From assembly GCF_036321535.1 (NCBI RefSeq), contig NC_087447.1, forward strand, positions 43,836,001 to 43,900,000: a stretch of DNA of 64,000 nucleotides, written 5' to 3'. Each line of letters opens with the position of its first letter. The stretch's first letter is position 1. The notes under the pieces are model-generated. The model was not told the DNA's origin. It worked only from the letters and a program-made list of their open reading frames with translations, and did not search any database. Positions 27,300 to 38,609 of this stretch are shown piece by piece. The DNA is from Camelus dromedarius. Lineage: Eukaryota. A program made the translations under genes and the position numbers.

Positions 27300-27437
27300 G
27301 GGGGGAGGGTTTAGTTCAGTGATAGAGCACATGCTTAGCAAGCATAAGGTCCTGGGTTCAATTCCCAGCACCTCCATTAGAAAAACAAACAAACAAACCT
27401 AATCACCTCCCACCTGCAAAAAAAAAAAAGTTAAAAA
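27300..27437 (+). mobile_element. Vic-1-like SINE
   Basis: TSD aaaaatactcaattca on both sides; tRNA-like head. Confidence 0.9.
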
Positions 27438-29475
27438 AAAAATACTCAATTCAAAAAAAGGCAGAGGAAAAAGAAGAAAAAAAGAATAAAAGTACAGGTG
27501 GAACAACTAGGAAAGATGGATTTAAACACTACCATATTGATGATTACGTTAAATGTATATACCTAATAACTTCAACTGAAAGGATATAAATTTTCTGATA
27601 GGATCACAAAGCAAGACCCAATTATATGCTGTCTACAGGAAATCCACTTAAAATATCATGACAAAAATAGGCTAAAATATTAATATCAAAGAAGATTTTA
27701 GACCAAGGACTATTACCAGGGAGAAAGGGGATATTTCATTGATAAAGGTTAAAATCATCAAGAAGACATAATCTTAAATGAGTATGCTTCTAATAACAGA
27801 ACTTTAAAATATATTAAACAAATCTGACAGAATTAAGAGGAGAAATACACAAACTCCCAAGTAGAGATAGAGATTCCAACACTATTCTATCAGTAATTCA
27901 TTAACAAGCAAGCAGAAAGAAGTAAGGCTATAAAAAACTTGGAACAGTATTTTCAACCAACCTAACTGATACTTACTCTAACCATTAACACGCCATCCAA
28001 CAACAGCAAAACGCACATTCTTTTCAAATTTTCACCAAACATTCAGCAAGATAAACCATATTCTGGGTCATTTAAAAATTATCATTAAATTCAAGAGGAA
28101 TGAAATCATATAAGTATATTCTCTGAGAGCAGCAAAATTAAACTAGAATTCAATCACAGTTATCTGAAAAGTCTCCAATTATTTAATAATTAAACAATAC
28201 CTTTCTAAATTACCTACAGGTCAAAGAAAAAAATCACAAGACATATTAAAAATTATTTTGAATTAAATGGCAGTGGTTACATGACTATATACATGTGACA
28301 AAATTTCTACACTTAAAACTGGTTACCTTTACTGTATAGACATTAAAAAAGGGATTAAAAATTTCTGAGAATACAGAATATGCCTTAATGGTTTCCACCA
28401 TTTAAAACATTATCCTATCCTATGCTATCCCATTCGTGTTCAAATGCATCTGAAAATAATGCCTATTCCCTATTTGTAGGGGACAGATTTCTGTGTTAAA
28501 TCAAGCTGGTTAATTTTGTATCCAATATCCTTCCTCCTGGAATTTAAATAATTTAATTTATTGCAAAATAAATCTATTAATTTCTTTAAATTAATTAAAA
28601 TTAATTTAAAATATAATTTTCTTTCTATTCCATTGTTTCATAGCCAAGTTATTAACAAACATTTAAACTATGGCCAAAATACGCTCATTTCTCTGCTCAC
28701 TGCAGTTTCGTAAAACCTGTATCATCTCCCATTTTTAGATACACTTCTCATTTTGCCTGAGTGTGTCCTTGAATATTTTTTTTCCAGTGAGGGTTCACAG
28801 GTAGTTAAAGTAATCTTTATTATGTCTAATTCCTAAAAGAAAGTTCACTGGGCACAGAATTTAGGTTAAAGTTATTTTCTCTGTGAACCTTTTACATCGT
28901 CACAGTATCTCCTAGTACTTCATGTTCCAGCTGGGGTGTCTGATGCCATTCTTTTGTAGATTTTTTTTCCCTCAAGGAGGTTTTAAGATTGTCCCTTTGT
29001 ACTTTTACTCTGTACTTGTACCTTCTGAAATTTCCCCAAAAGGTATTTAGATACCTTATTTTCAGTGATTTTTCTTGGTCCTCAGTGACTGATGCTAATT
29101 AGAATTTTTTCTTTTGCTTTAATCTTTTTCTCCAGTGATCTGTTGATCTGCTTGTTTATTTTGGACCTTCTGTTTCATAATGTTGGCTTTCCTCAGATTC
29201 TAGGACATCCCTAATTGTATTTATAACTGAAGAGTCAAAGCAAAAGCCTTTTTACTGCTTATCATTTTAGGAGGAGAGAGGCAACCTCATGTTTTCATCT
29301 GATGTATTTAACTGGAAATTCTGAGCAATTATTCTTTAATACCACTTGTATGTTATTAACATCACCAAAATTATTGAACTTTAGTTTTATAGAAGGTTAC
29401 ACAGTTAGGCAGAGCGAATCATTATCAACATACTTTTGATACTCCAGTCTTCTCAATATTTTTTTTGAGGACCAG

Positions 29476-30074
29476 TGTGTATACCACCCTCAGGTCTGAT
29501 GATTCACTAGAAGGACTCACAGGACCCAGAAAGGCTGTTAGACTCACAGTTATGGTTTATTACAATACAAGGACATACTTAAAACGGCAAAGAAAAAAAC
29601 TACATAGGGTGGGCTCCAGGAGAAACCAGGCATGAGTTTCCAGATGTCCGTTTCCAATGGAGTCACACAGATAGCACTTAATTCTCCCAGCAGTGATGAG
29701 TGACAGCTTATGTGAAGTATTGCCAATCAGGGAAGCTTGCCTAAACCTTGATACCCAAGGTCCTTACTGTGGGTGGTAAGGAGCACCCAACCCACATGAC
29801 TAACCTTGGCTGCTCAATCTTTACCCCCCTCATCAGAGGAGGGTCAGCATAGCCCAGGGCCCTTGGTGAACTGTAACAAGTCTCCACCATAAATCACATC
29901 ACCAATATAAAATATTTGGTGTGGCCCAAGTTCTGTTATACAAAGAAATCTTACCAGTCAGGATATTTTAAGGGCTTAGAGGTTACCTTTCAGGAATCAG
30001 TCAAGGACTAGTCCTTTCTTTAGAATGTGCAGGGTTCAGGCACCCCAAGCTTGCTGAGTCAACCCTTTACTACA
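29476..30074 (-). mobile_element. MER77-like ERVL LTR
   Basis: The minus strand begins tgtagtaaagggttgactcagcaagcttggggtgcctgaaccctgcacattc...aacctctaagccctt. Confidence 0.7.
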
Positions 30075-30462
30075 TACACACACAATGCCCTCATTTCAAC
30101 TTTTTTCACACATATTTTCCTGCACTGAAAAGGGGAGAAGTGCTTGTGATCCATATGCCTGTGTACCCAGCCATCCCACATTCCCACCCAGAGATCAACA
30201 GTTGATGTCATGGAAGACATTTCTGGAAAGAGGTTAGTTAACAGGAGGGCCTGGCAGAGACGTTAGCTAGGATGAGGGGTGACCATAATGCAATTAAGCT
30301 AGAAATCTGTAATAAAAAGATAACTGGAATGTTTCTGTATGTTTGGAAACTAAGAAATACACTTCTAAATAAACCATGGGTTCAAGTAAAGTCACAGTGA
30401 AAATTAGAAATATGTTGAACTGGATGATAAAAATGAAAAGATTTCAAAATATGGAGGATGCT

Positions 30463-31306
30463 ATGATACTGTGATTTATTATAAGAAACATATATATTTG
30501 GTCTCTGTCCCTGTTCCTGACACAGAGCTCCTGAAACCCTTGTAAATTCCCAAGACATAAGAGCACCAGGAGCATCTTTTGTTCCAGTGAGGCAACTGTG
30601 GGTGGGCTCCTTCATGGCTTCTGGATGGGAACTAGTCACCAAAAAGACCAAGCCATGATTAGAAGCTTGGCATTTTCAGCTCCAGCCCCCATTCTCCAGA
30701 GAGGGGAGAGGGGCTGAAAATGAAGTTAATAACTGATCATGCCTACATGACAAAGTCCCCATAAAACATCAATAGCATTGGTTCTAAAGAACTTCCAGGT
30801 TGGTGAACACATCCATACACCGGGAGGATGACACACCCCGATTCCATGAGAACAGAAGCTCCTGCGCGCAGGACCCTTCCAGACCTCACCCTATGTATCT
30901 CTTCATCAGGCTGCTCATCTGCATTCCTTATTACATCACATTTAATAAGCTGGTGAAAGTAAGTGTTTCCCTGAGTTCTGTGAGCTGTTCTAGCAAATAA
31001 TCAAATCCCAAGGGGAAGAGACTCTGATTTGCAGTCAAGTTGAACAGCAGTTGTGGGTAAACTGGGGACCTACTACTTGCAACCGGCATCCTAAGGGGCT
31101 GGCAGTCTCATGAGTCTGAGCCCTTAACCTTTATCTCCAGGGAGACAGTGTCAGAATTTAAATTGTAGGACACCAAGCTGGTCTCGCAGAATTGCTTGCT
31201 GTGGGAATAACCTCAATATGTTTGATGTCAGATATGTCATAAGTGTGACAGTAGTGTGAGAGTAAACGAGAAACACACAGGAAGGGAACTGTAGGTTTTC
31301 CCCACA
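30463..31306 (+). mobile_element. MER21-like LTR
   Basis: tgatactgtgatttattataag...cacagagctcctgaaacccttg...gacccttccagacctcaccctatgtatctcttcat...ccctgagttctgtgagc. Confidence 0.8.
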
Positions 31307-31696
31307 TGAATGCTTAAAAATCAGCTTAAGGGAAAAAATTTAGCTTTAAATGCATAACATAGAATAAAATAAGGCAGATTAACAGTGACCAAAGCATCTG
31401 TCTCAAGAACTTGGAAACAGAACAACAAATTAAACCCAAAGTAGAAGGAAGGAAATAATAAATTAAAGAGCAGAACTTAATGAAATAGAAAAGCAAATAT
31501 ATTTCGAGAAAATCAACAAAGCCAAAAGTTAGCTTTGGGAAAGCTAATAAAAATTGCTAACTTTTGTCAAAACTGGGGCAGGGGAGAAAAGGCACAAATA
31601 ACCACGTCATGGTTGAAGTGTGACACCACTAGGGATCTTTACTAAAAACATTAAAAAGATAATAAAAGGATTTTATAAACAACTTTACACCCACAG

Positions 31697-31785
31697 ATTT
31701 TTTTTTAACATTTTTTATTGATTTATAATCATTTTACAATGTTGTGTCAAATTCCAGTGTTCAGCACAATTTTTCAGTTATTCAT
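31697..31785 (-). mobile_element. Very short young L1 3' end
   Basis: Poly(T) followed by tttattgatttataatcattttacaatgttgtgtcaaattccagtgttcagcacaatttttcag. Confidence 0.7.
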
Positions 31786-32975
31786 TTAAAAATTAGACAA
31801 AATGTACAAATTTTTCAAAACACAAAACTTATAAAATCTATATAAGAAGAATGAAAGACCCTGAGCTTCTATGGCTCATTAAAGAAATTGAATCCATAAT
31901 TAAACACCTCACTAGAGAAAGAAATAAAATTTCAGCCTCAGTTGGGTTCACTGGTGAATTCTATTAAAATTTTATGTAGGAAATAAAGCTAATAGTATGA
32001 AAACACTTTCAGTGAATAGAAAAAGAGAGAATACTTCCCAATTTATTTTTTGAAGATAAATTTGGGGTACCAAAATCTTGAGGCAGTCATTACAAAACAA
32101 GCTAAATTGCAGACCAATTTCACTCATGAGCTGAGATTTTTTAAAAAAATTAAAATATTAGAAAACTGAATGCAGAAGAACATGAAAATGATAATACATT
32201 ACTCATGTATGTTTTATCTCATGTTTACAGGGTTAATTTAATGCATGAAATTTTAAAACCATAATTGTCCATAGTAACAAAATAAGGAGGAAAAAATAAT
32301 ATAATTATCTAAATGAATGTAGAAAAATATGGTAAAATCAAGCATCTATTTACGATGAGAGTTTTTAACAAACCAGATATGGAAGAGGAATTTGCTTATC
32401 TGATAAGGGCATCTTAGAACAAGACTGTACCAATGGTGTACTTACTACTGAAATGGGAAAAGCTTCCCAATTAATGTCAGGAATAAGACACATTACTTCT
32501 GTTCTATACTGTACTTGAGGTCCTAGCTGGGGAAATAAGGTTTGAAAAAGAAAGAAGATGTATAAAGTTTTGACATGAAGAATTCATTCTGTCATTTATT
32601 GTTAGATGATGCAATGTGTAAAGAAATCTAGAAGAGCCTACAGATAAAGTATTAGAATTAGTAAGTATGTTTATTGATAATTGACGGGTTGATGGATATG
32701 AGATAAGTAAACAAAAATAAATTTCATTTTTATATACAAGAAAAAACAAGTTAAAAAACAGGAAAAAACCGCTCCGGATGGAGCGGGCGGCCCCATGGCA
32801 GCTCCTGACTGTGCAGCCTGTGTGTCCGCGGGAGGAGGACGCTCCCAGCCCGCTGTCTGAGGCCATTTGAATATGTTCCCCCATGAAGTGAAATAGACTC
32901 CCTGAAGTCTGAGTCCTGACAGACATCTCTGGTGAAAGGCTTCTTAGACAGTGACCCAGGACACAGCTCTACCAG

Positions 32976-34240
32976 CTTAACTTCGCTTGGAATGACCTTC
33001 TCCAGGGACATCCATGTTGCTGCAGATGGCGTTATGTTGTCGTTTTTGTGGCTGAGTGGTGTTCCACTGTGTGGATGTACTGCAACTTCTTTGTCCAGAC
33101 ATCTGTCGGTGGATGTTTGGGCTGTTTCCATGTCTTGGCTATTGTGAATGGTGCTCCTGTGAACATTGGGGTGCAGGTGTCTTTTTGAATTGGGGTTCCT
33201 TCTGGATGTGTGCCCAGGGGTGGGATTGCTGGGTCATATGGTGAGTCTATTTTCGGTCTTTTGAGGAGTCTCCATGCTGTTTTCCATGGTGGCTGCACCG
33301 GGCTGCATTCCCACTGGCAGTGTGGGACGGTTCCCTTTTCTCCACAGCCTCTCCAGCGTTTGTCATTTGTGGACTTTTGGATTGTGGCCATTCTGGCTGG
33401 TGTGAGGTGGTGCCTCGTTGTGGTTTTGATTTGCATTTCTCTGATGGTTGGTGGTGTTGAGCACTTTTTCATGTGCCTATTGGTCATTTGTACGTCTTCA
33501 CTGGAGAATTGTTTGTTTGGGTCTTCTGCTCATTTGCAGATTGGGTTGTTTGTTTTTTTATTAAGTCATATGAGCTGTTTATATATTTTGCCGATCAAGC
33601 CCTTGTTGGTTTCATCTTTTGCAAATATTTTCTCCCATTCCCTAGGTTGTCATTTTGTTTTGCTATGGTTTCCTTTGCTGTGCAAAAGCTTGTGAGTTTA
33701 ATTAGGTCCCACGTGTTTGTTTTTGCTTTTGTTTCTAGTGCTTGGGTAGACTGTCCTAGAAGAACATTGCTAAAATTTGTGTGAGATGATGTTTTGCCTG
33801 TGTTTTCTTCTAGGAGGTTTGTTGTGTCTTGTCTTATGTTTGAGTCTTTGATCCATTTTGAGTATTTTTGTGTGGGGTGTAGGGGAGTGTTCTGGCTTCA
33901 TTGATTTGCATGCAGCTGTCCAGTTTTCCCAACACCATTTGCTGAAGAGACTGCCTTTATTCCGTTGTGTGTTCTTGTCTCCTTTGTCGAAGATTGGTTG
34001 ACTGGGAGTTTGTGGATTCATTTCTGGGCTCTCTGTTTTGTTCCATTGATCTATGTGTCTGTTTTTGTACCAATACCATGCTGTTTTGATTGCTGTGGCT
34101 CTGTGGTATTGTCTGAAGTCTGGGGGTGGGGGTTATTCCTCCAGCCTCTTTCTTTTTCTTTAGTGGTGCTTTGGCAATTCTGGGTTTTTTGTGATTCCAT
34201 ATAAATTTTATTATGATTTATTCTAGTTCTGTGAAAAATG
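32976..34240 (-). mobile_element. Young-type L1 ORF2 3' segment inside the retrocopy, A-to-G hypermutated on the + strand
   Basis: Minus-strand ORFs 33032..33487 and 33770..34021 are recognisable L1 ORF2p C-terminal peptides ([31 protein letters not shown]). They carry many L>P, I>T, Y>H, V>A, M>T and C>R changes. Confidence 0.93.
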
Positions 34241-34604
34241 AAGGACTTTTATTTTTAACTTACCAAAGAGGTTGCAAAGTTTATCAGTTAAAGTGTTTAA
34301 CAAGTGTATTTGAAAACATGGAAATCGGTTTCCTGAGGTATGTTTAAATATATTCTATCATGAAGAAAGTGCTTAATTTTATTAATTGATGGATTTTTGA
34401 ATTTTAAAGCACAATTTCAATGTAAGAACACCTGTGGCCAGCATGGAGCTTTCTCCTGCCGCTTACCCACCCAATATATAATACAAAGAAGGATGTAAAA
34501 ATTATTTACTAATCATTTTGATAAATGCTAACTGTTGGTAAACCTTTAAAAGTCTGTTAAATTTATTCTTATTGAAGAAATTTCAAAACCTAAATATTCA
34601 CCTA

Positions 34605-35205
34605 CTTTCCTTTGAGGGTGGTCTGCAGTTAGTGGCTTGACTGCACAGAATAAAATAGCAAAAGGGAAATGTAACTTTCAGTGAAGAAATCTGGCACAGA
34701 GGTCCATGACCAAGTGATCAAGTTTAATGTCACCAGTGATGTCATGTGGGGACTCTGACTTGATGTGAAGAGTAGGGTGCTTCACCACTATGCTCTTCCT
34801 CCCAAAAGTTTATAAGCCCAATTCAGTCATAAAAATATAAGAAAGTTCAAAATTGAAGGATGGTTATGGAATACCTGACCAGTACTTTTCAAAACTGTGA
34901 AGTTCATGAAAAACATGGAAAGATAAAAAAGATAGTAAGTAAGGAGACATGACAATTACTGCAGTGCAGCATATGGATTGGATGCTGGAGTAGAAAAAGG
35001 ACATTAATAGAAAAACAAGTGAAATCTGAATAATATCTGGAGGTCAAGAGTAGAATGTACAATCTGGGTTCTTAGTTCTGACAAACAGACCATGAAGATG
35101 CAAGAAAATAACATTAAAGAAAATTAAAACTGGGTGAGTGGTATACCCTTCTGGTACTATCTTTGCAACTGTTCTATAAATCTAAAAATATTCTTAAATA
35201 AGATT
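34605..35205 (+). mobile_element. Old L1MC/L1MD-type 3' UTR fragment carried within the retrocopy
   Basis: Motifs accaagtgatcaagtttaatgtcaccagt, tgaccagtacttttcaaaactgt and gtactatctttgcaact...taaatctaaaa are typical of L1MC/MD 3' ends. Confidence 0.6.
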
Positions 35206-35416
35206 AAAATCTTACTAAAAATAGTCCGTCAATAATTGAATGGTCAAGGAAACTGTTACACGCATACACTGCAATATTTAGTAAAGGTTGAAAAGGAGAC
35301 ATTCTCTATATATACTAATACGGAACAAGTTACATGATGTACTTATGTAATGAAAATAAAATTTAAAGAATGAAAAATAAAACAGGAAAAAACCTTCACT
35401 TAAAATAGCATCAGCT

Positions 35417-35506
35417 GGGGGAGGGTACAGCTCAGCGGTAGAGCAGGTGCTTAGCATGCACGAGGTCCTGGGTTCAGTCTACAGTTCTCCATTAAAAAAA
35501 AAAAAA
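35417..35506 (+). mobile_element. Vic-1-like SINE (short form)
   Basis: tRNA-like head plus poly(A); flanking direct repeat agcatcag. Confidence 0.85.
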
Positions 35507-36124
35507 AGCATCAGAAAACAACAAAACCTTAGAATAAATTTATCCAAAATATCTACTATTTCATTACAGAAAAAATGATAAAGGATTATTGAGTAAGGTT
35601 AAGAAAGGTCTAAATAAATGAAGAGATAGACCATGTTCATAGATTGGAAGAACTCAATATCATACAGATAGTTTCCAAACTGAGCTACAGGCTAAATGTA
35701 ATTTCAAACAGCTTACAATTTGACAAACTGATTCTAAGTTTAATTTGGACATGCAAAGTGCCAAGAACAGTCAAGATTCTCTTGAAGAACAAATTGGGAA
35801 ATCTTACTCAACAGGATAGGAAAACTTATTAGAATGCTGCTGGACAACTGTAGCATTTGTGCAGGGCAAATAAACCCATGGACTGGTATAGAGAGCTCAG
35901 AAACCAATTCACGCATGTATGGATATTTGTCTTATGTATCTTATGTTCTCTTCATCAGCCTCTCCACCTACTCCCTGCTCTAGGCCCTACAACGCTGTCC
36001 TCTCCAAAAAGAAATAAAACCTGATGCATTTATTAAGAGACTTAAATGTGTGACAGAGCTTGCAACAAATTAGTGACAGGTACATGAACACACACACCCA
36101 CACGGGGCAAATGAAACCAAGATA

Positions 36125-37140
36125 ATTCATTCGTTCGTTCTTCATTCAACAAACATTCATGGAATGCAATAAATTGCCAGGCACTCTTCTGGGTGCTGGG
36201 AATCCATCAGTGAATCAAACAGGCGACAGTCCTTTGCCATCATGAGGCTTATAGTTCTTGTGTGTGATGCTAGACAATGAGCAAATTAATATACATACAC
36301 ACATATATATATACACACGTAAGTATACATACAACACATATATAATACAGAGAAGGAAAAAGTAGAGAAGAGGGATTAAGTAGTCTTGAACTAGAAAAGG
36401 CTTTATAGGAGAGTGCCTGTTGAGTGAAGACTTGGAGAAATGAGGTGAGAAAGCTAGGATTACAGCCAGCTGAGGGGATCCTACACAGACCCAGGAGCAA
36501 GTGCAGATACCCTGAAGTGGGAGTGGACCTGCTGAGTCTGAGGAAGGGAAAGAAAGGAGACAGTAAGAAAGGAAGAGGGTAAAAATGAGGAGGTCAGAGA
36601 GGTTGTGAGGGACCTGATCATGTAGGTTATCAGAAGAATTCTGCTTATGCTCTGAGAGGGAATGGAAGTCATTAGAAGGACTGAAGCAGACAAGTAGCAC
36701 AATATGACTTGTATTTTAACAGGATCACTCAGGCTGCTGTGTTGAGAATAGTCTGAGGGGACGAGGGCAGCAGCAGGGCCGTCAGTTAGGAGATGACCGC
36801 AGTGAAGCTGCTGAGAGGTGATGTGGCTCGGTCCAGGGAAAGCAATGGAGGTGATGAGGTGTCATCACGTTCCGAGGATGAAACAACAGGATTTTCTAAT
36901 AGATTACATGGTAAGAAAGAGAGTTGTCTAGGATGATTCCAGTATTTTTGGCCTGAGCTAATGAAAAGGCAGAAATGCCCTTAACCCTTATCTGTAAAAG
37001 GAGAGGGAGAAGGCACTGGGCTATGGGAGAGATCAAGACCTCGGTTTTGCACACATTCTGTGTGAGACCCAAATGGGGACATGGTAGCAATTAGATATGA
37101 GTATGGAGATTAGGAGGAAGAGCCAGGCTAGAGATACAAG
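36125..37140 (-). mobile_element. L2 (L2a-like) element
   Basis: ttcattcaacaaacatt...tgccaggcactcttctgggtgctggga; ttttaacaggatcactcaggctgctgtgttgagaatag; ggctagagatacaag. Confidence 0.8.
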
Positions 37141-38609
37141 TGACCAACTCCTGGGGGCGGGGTAGTGCAAAGAGAATGTAATCACAGCACGCGGTTCAGC
37201 TATAAACTAAGTTTACATAATAATGATACAGACATGACATAAACTATCTTCACAAATTTATGACATTACCATTTTGAGAAGATGGAGGAGGGAAGAGTAT
37301 ATGTGCTGGTGTGGTGTCCTTATGAGCTACATCCTCATCTTCCATAATAAAATTCAACAGAAATCAAAAACTAAAAACAAAGAAAATAGAGCATTTAAAA
37401 AATACGGAGTTATATTTTGAAATAGACAGGTAAAGCAGCTGTAAGGATTTGCTTCTAAAGAGTGGGAAATGAGGCTGGAGGTATAAACATGAAGAGGACT
37501 CGGTATTTAAAAGCCCCAAAGCTTGGAAATTTTGAGGCGTAGCACTAAATGAAGCTGAGTTCGTCTTAGCGCCTCGTCAGTTGGCAACCCTAGATAAGCT
37601 ACATAGTTTCTCAGTTCTCTGTTCTCAGTTTCCTCATCTGGAAACTGGAATTAATATCTAAAGTACAGGATTGTTAAAAAGATTATATGAGAAAACCTGC
37701 ATCTGGAGTAAATACTGAATATGAGCTGACAATTATTAGATTGTCATTTATTTGATTACATGTTCCTTACTCTCGCTGTGTATTCTCCCAGGGGAAGTCC
37801 CACTTACCCACCTCTCCCAGTGGCTGACACTTAGGAGTAGCTGATTCAATATTTCTTGGATTGATGCACAAATGAAGAGGAGGTGCAAGGGTTCTTGGAT
37901 ATCCGCTGCAGCCCCAGGAGCCTAGATGCCTGGAGATTTTGGGTCAAGCCACCATGCTATGGGACATCTGGTCACCACCCACCCTGATACTCCTCAGCAC
38001 TACTGACTCACTGAGAAATCCTGTTCTTACAGAGTCTCTTTCAAAAACAAAAATGCTTTCAAGATACAGCAGCAAGAAATCATTATTTACCAAGGGGAGA
38101 GGAACTCCTTGTTACAACATTATTCTCAAATGTCATTATTCTCACTGTAACAGTCACACTGATGGCCCAAAGCTGGCCCACCTGCAACATGGAAGCTCTT
38201 AATGATTTGATCATTCAGTTTTTTCAGAAACTGTATGCCTAATACTTGCCCCAGACATGACAAAATTGGCAAAACACCTTTTCAGTGACAGATCCTACCA
38301 ATAATTAGCATGCACTGTTAAAATAACTGTTGGTTGCACTTTATTTATAGATATTAACATGATTAATTGCACAGGATGAAACTCTCTGAGCTGGTGCTGG
38401 GGTACAAGGGAACCCAGTAGCCCTCATAGGGCACTGGGAGAGGATTTGCAAGGAGCCCACTCCTTTTCCTTTCCTGAATCACTCCCTCAAATGATTCTAG
38501 GTCTAATGCCATAGGACTGGCCCTAGAAAGTACTGACTCTGTTCAGCTGGGAATACATAGCAGAGTAACATCACGTATGTGCAAAGCACTTAACGGTTGG
38601 CCAAAATCA

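Larger units (their letters stand above)
25950..28270 (+). mobile_element. Old L1M ORF1/ORF2 remnants with nested younger insertions
   Basis: Endonuclease-region motifs aagcaagacccaattatatgctgtctacaggaaat, catcaagaagacata, gaaatcatataaagtatattctctga. Confidence 0.7.
32771..35378 (+). pseudogene. L1-mediated processed retrocopy of an unidentified spliced, polyadenylated transcript containing an antisense L1 segment
   Basis: Exact 16-bp TSD aaaacaggaaaaaacc at 32755-32770 and 35379-35394; TT|AAAA endonuclease site at 32751-32756; CpG-rich 5' end; AATAAA at 35355-35360 followed by an A-rich remnant. The old L1 ORF2 on either side reads continuously once the insert is removed. Confidence 0.85.
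30330..35960 (+). mobile_element. Ancient L1 (L1M) ORF2 remnant, interrupted by a MER21-like LTR, a short young L1 3' end, the retrocopy and a SINE
   Basis: Degenerate A-rich L1 ORF2 motifs: aatacacttctaaataaaccatggg, aaaatcaacaaagccaaaag, ttcactggtgaattcta, ccatgttcatagattggaagaactcaatat. Confidence 0.75.

Noticed and set aside
33032..33487. 151-aa ORF as a functional gene
   Set aside because: It is an L1 ORF2p C-terminal fragment with many proline and threonine substitutions caused by the hypermutation.
32976..34240. APOBEC editing, CpG decay or GC-biased gene conversion as the cause of the skew
   Set aside because: The change is A-to-G on the RNA strand only. APOBEC and CpG decay give C-to-T/G-to-A, and gene conversion would be strand-symmetric and include T-to-C.
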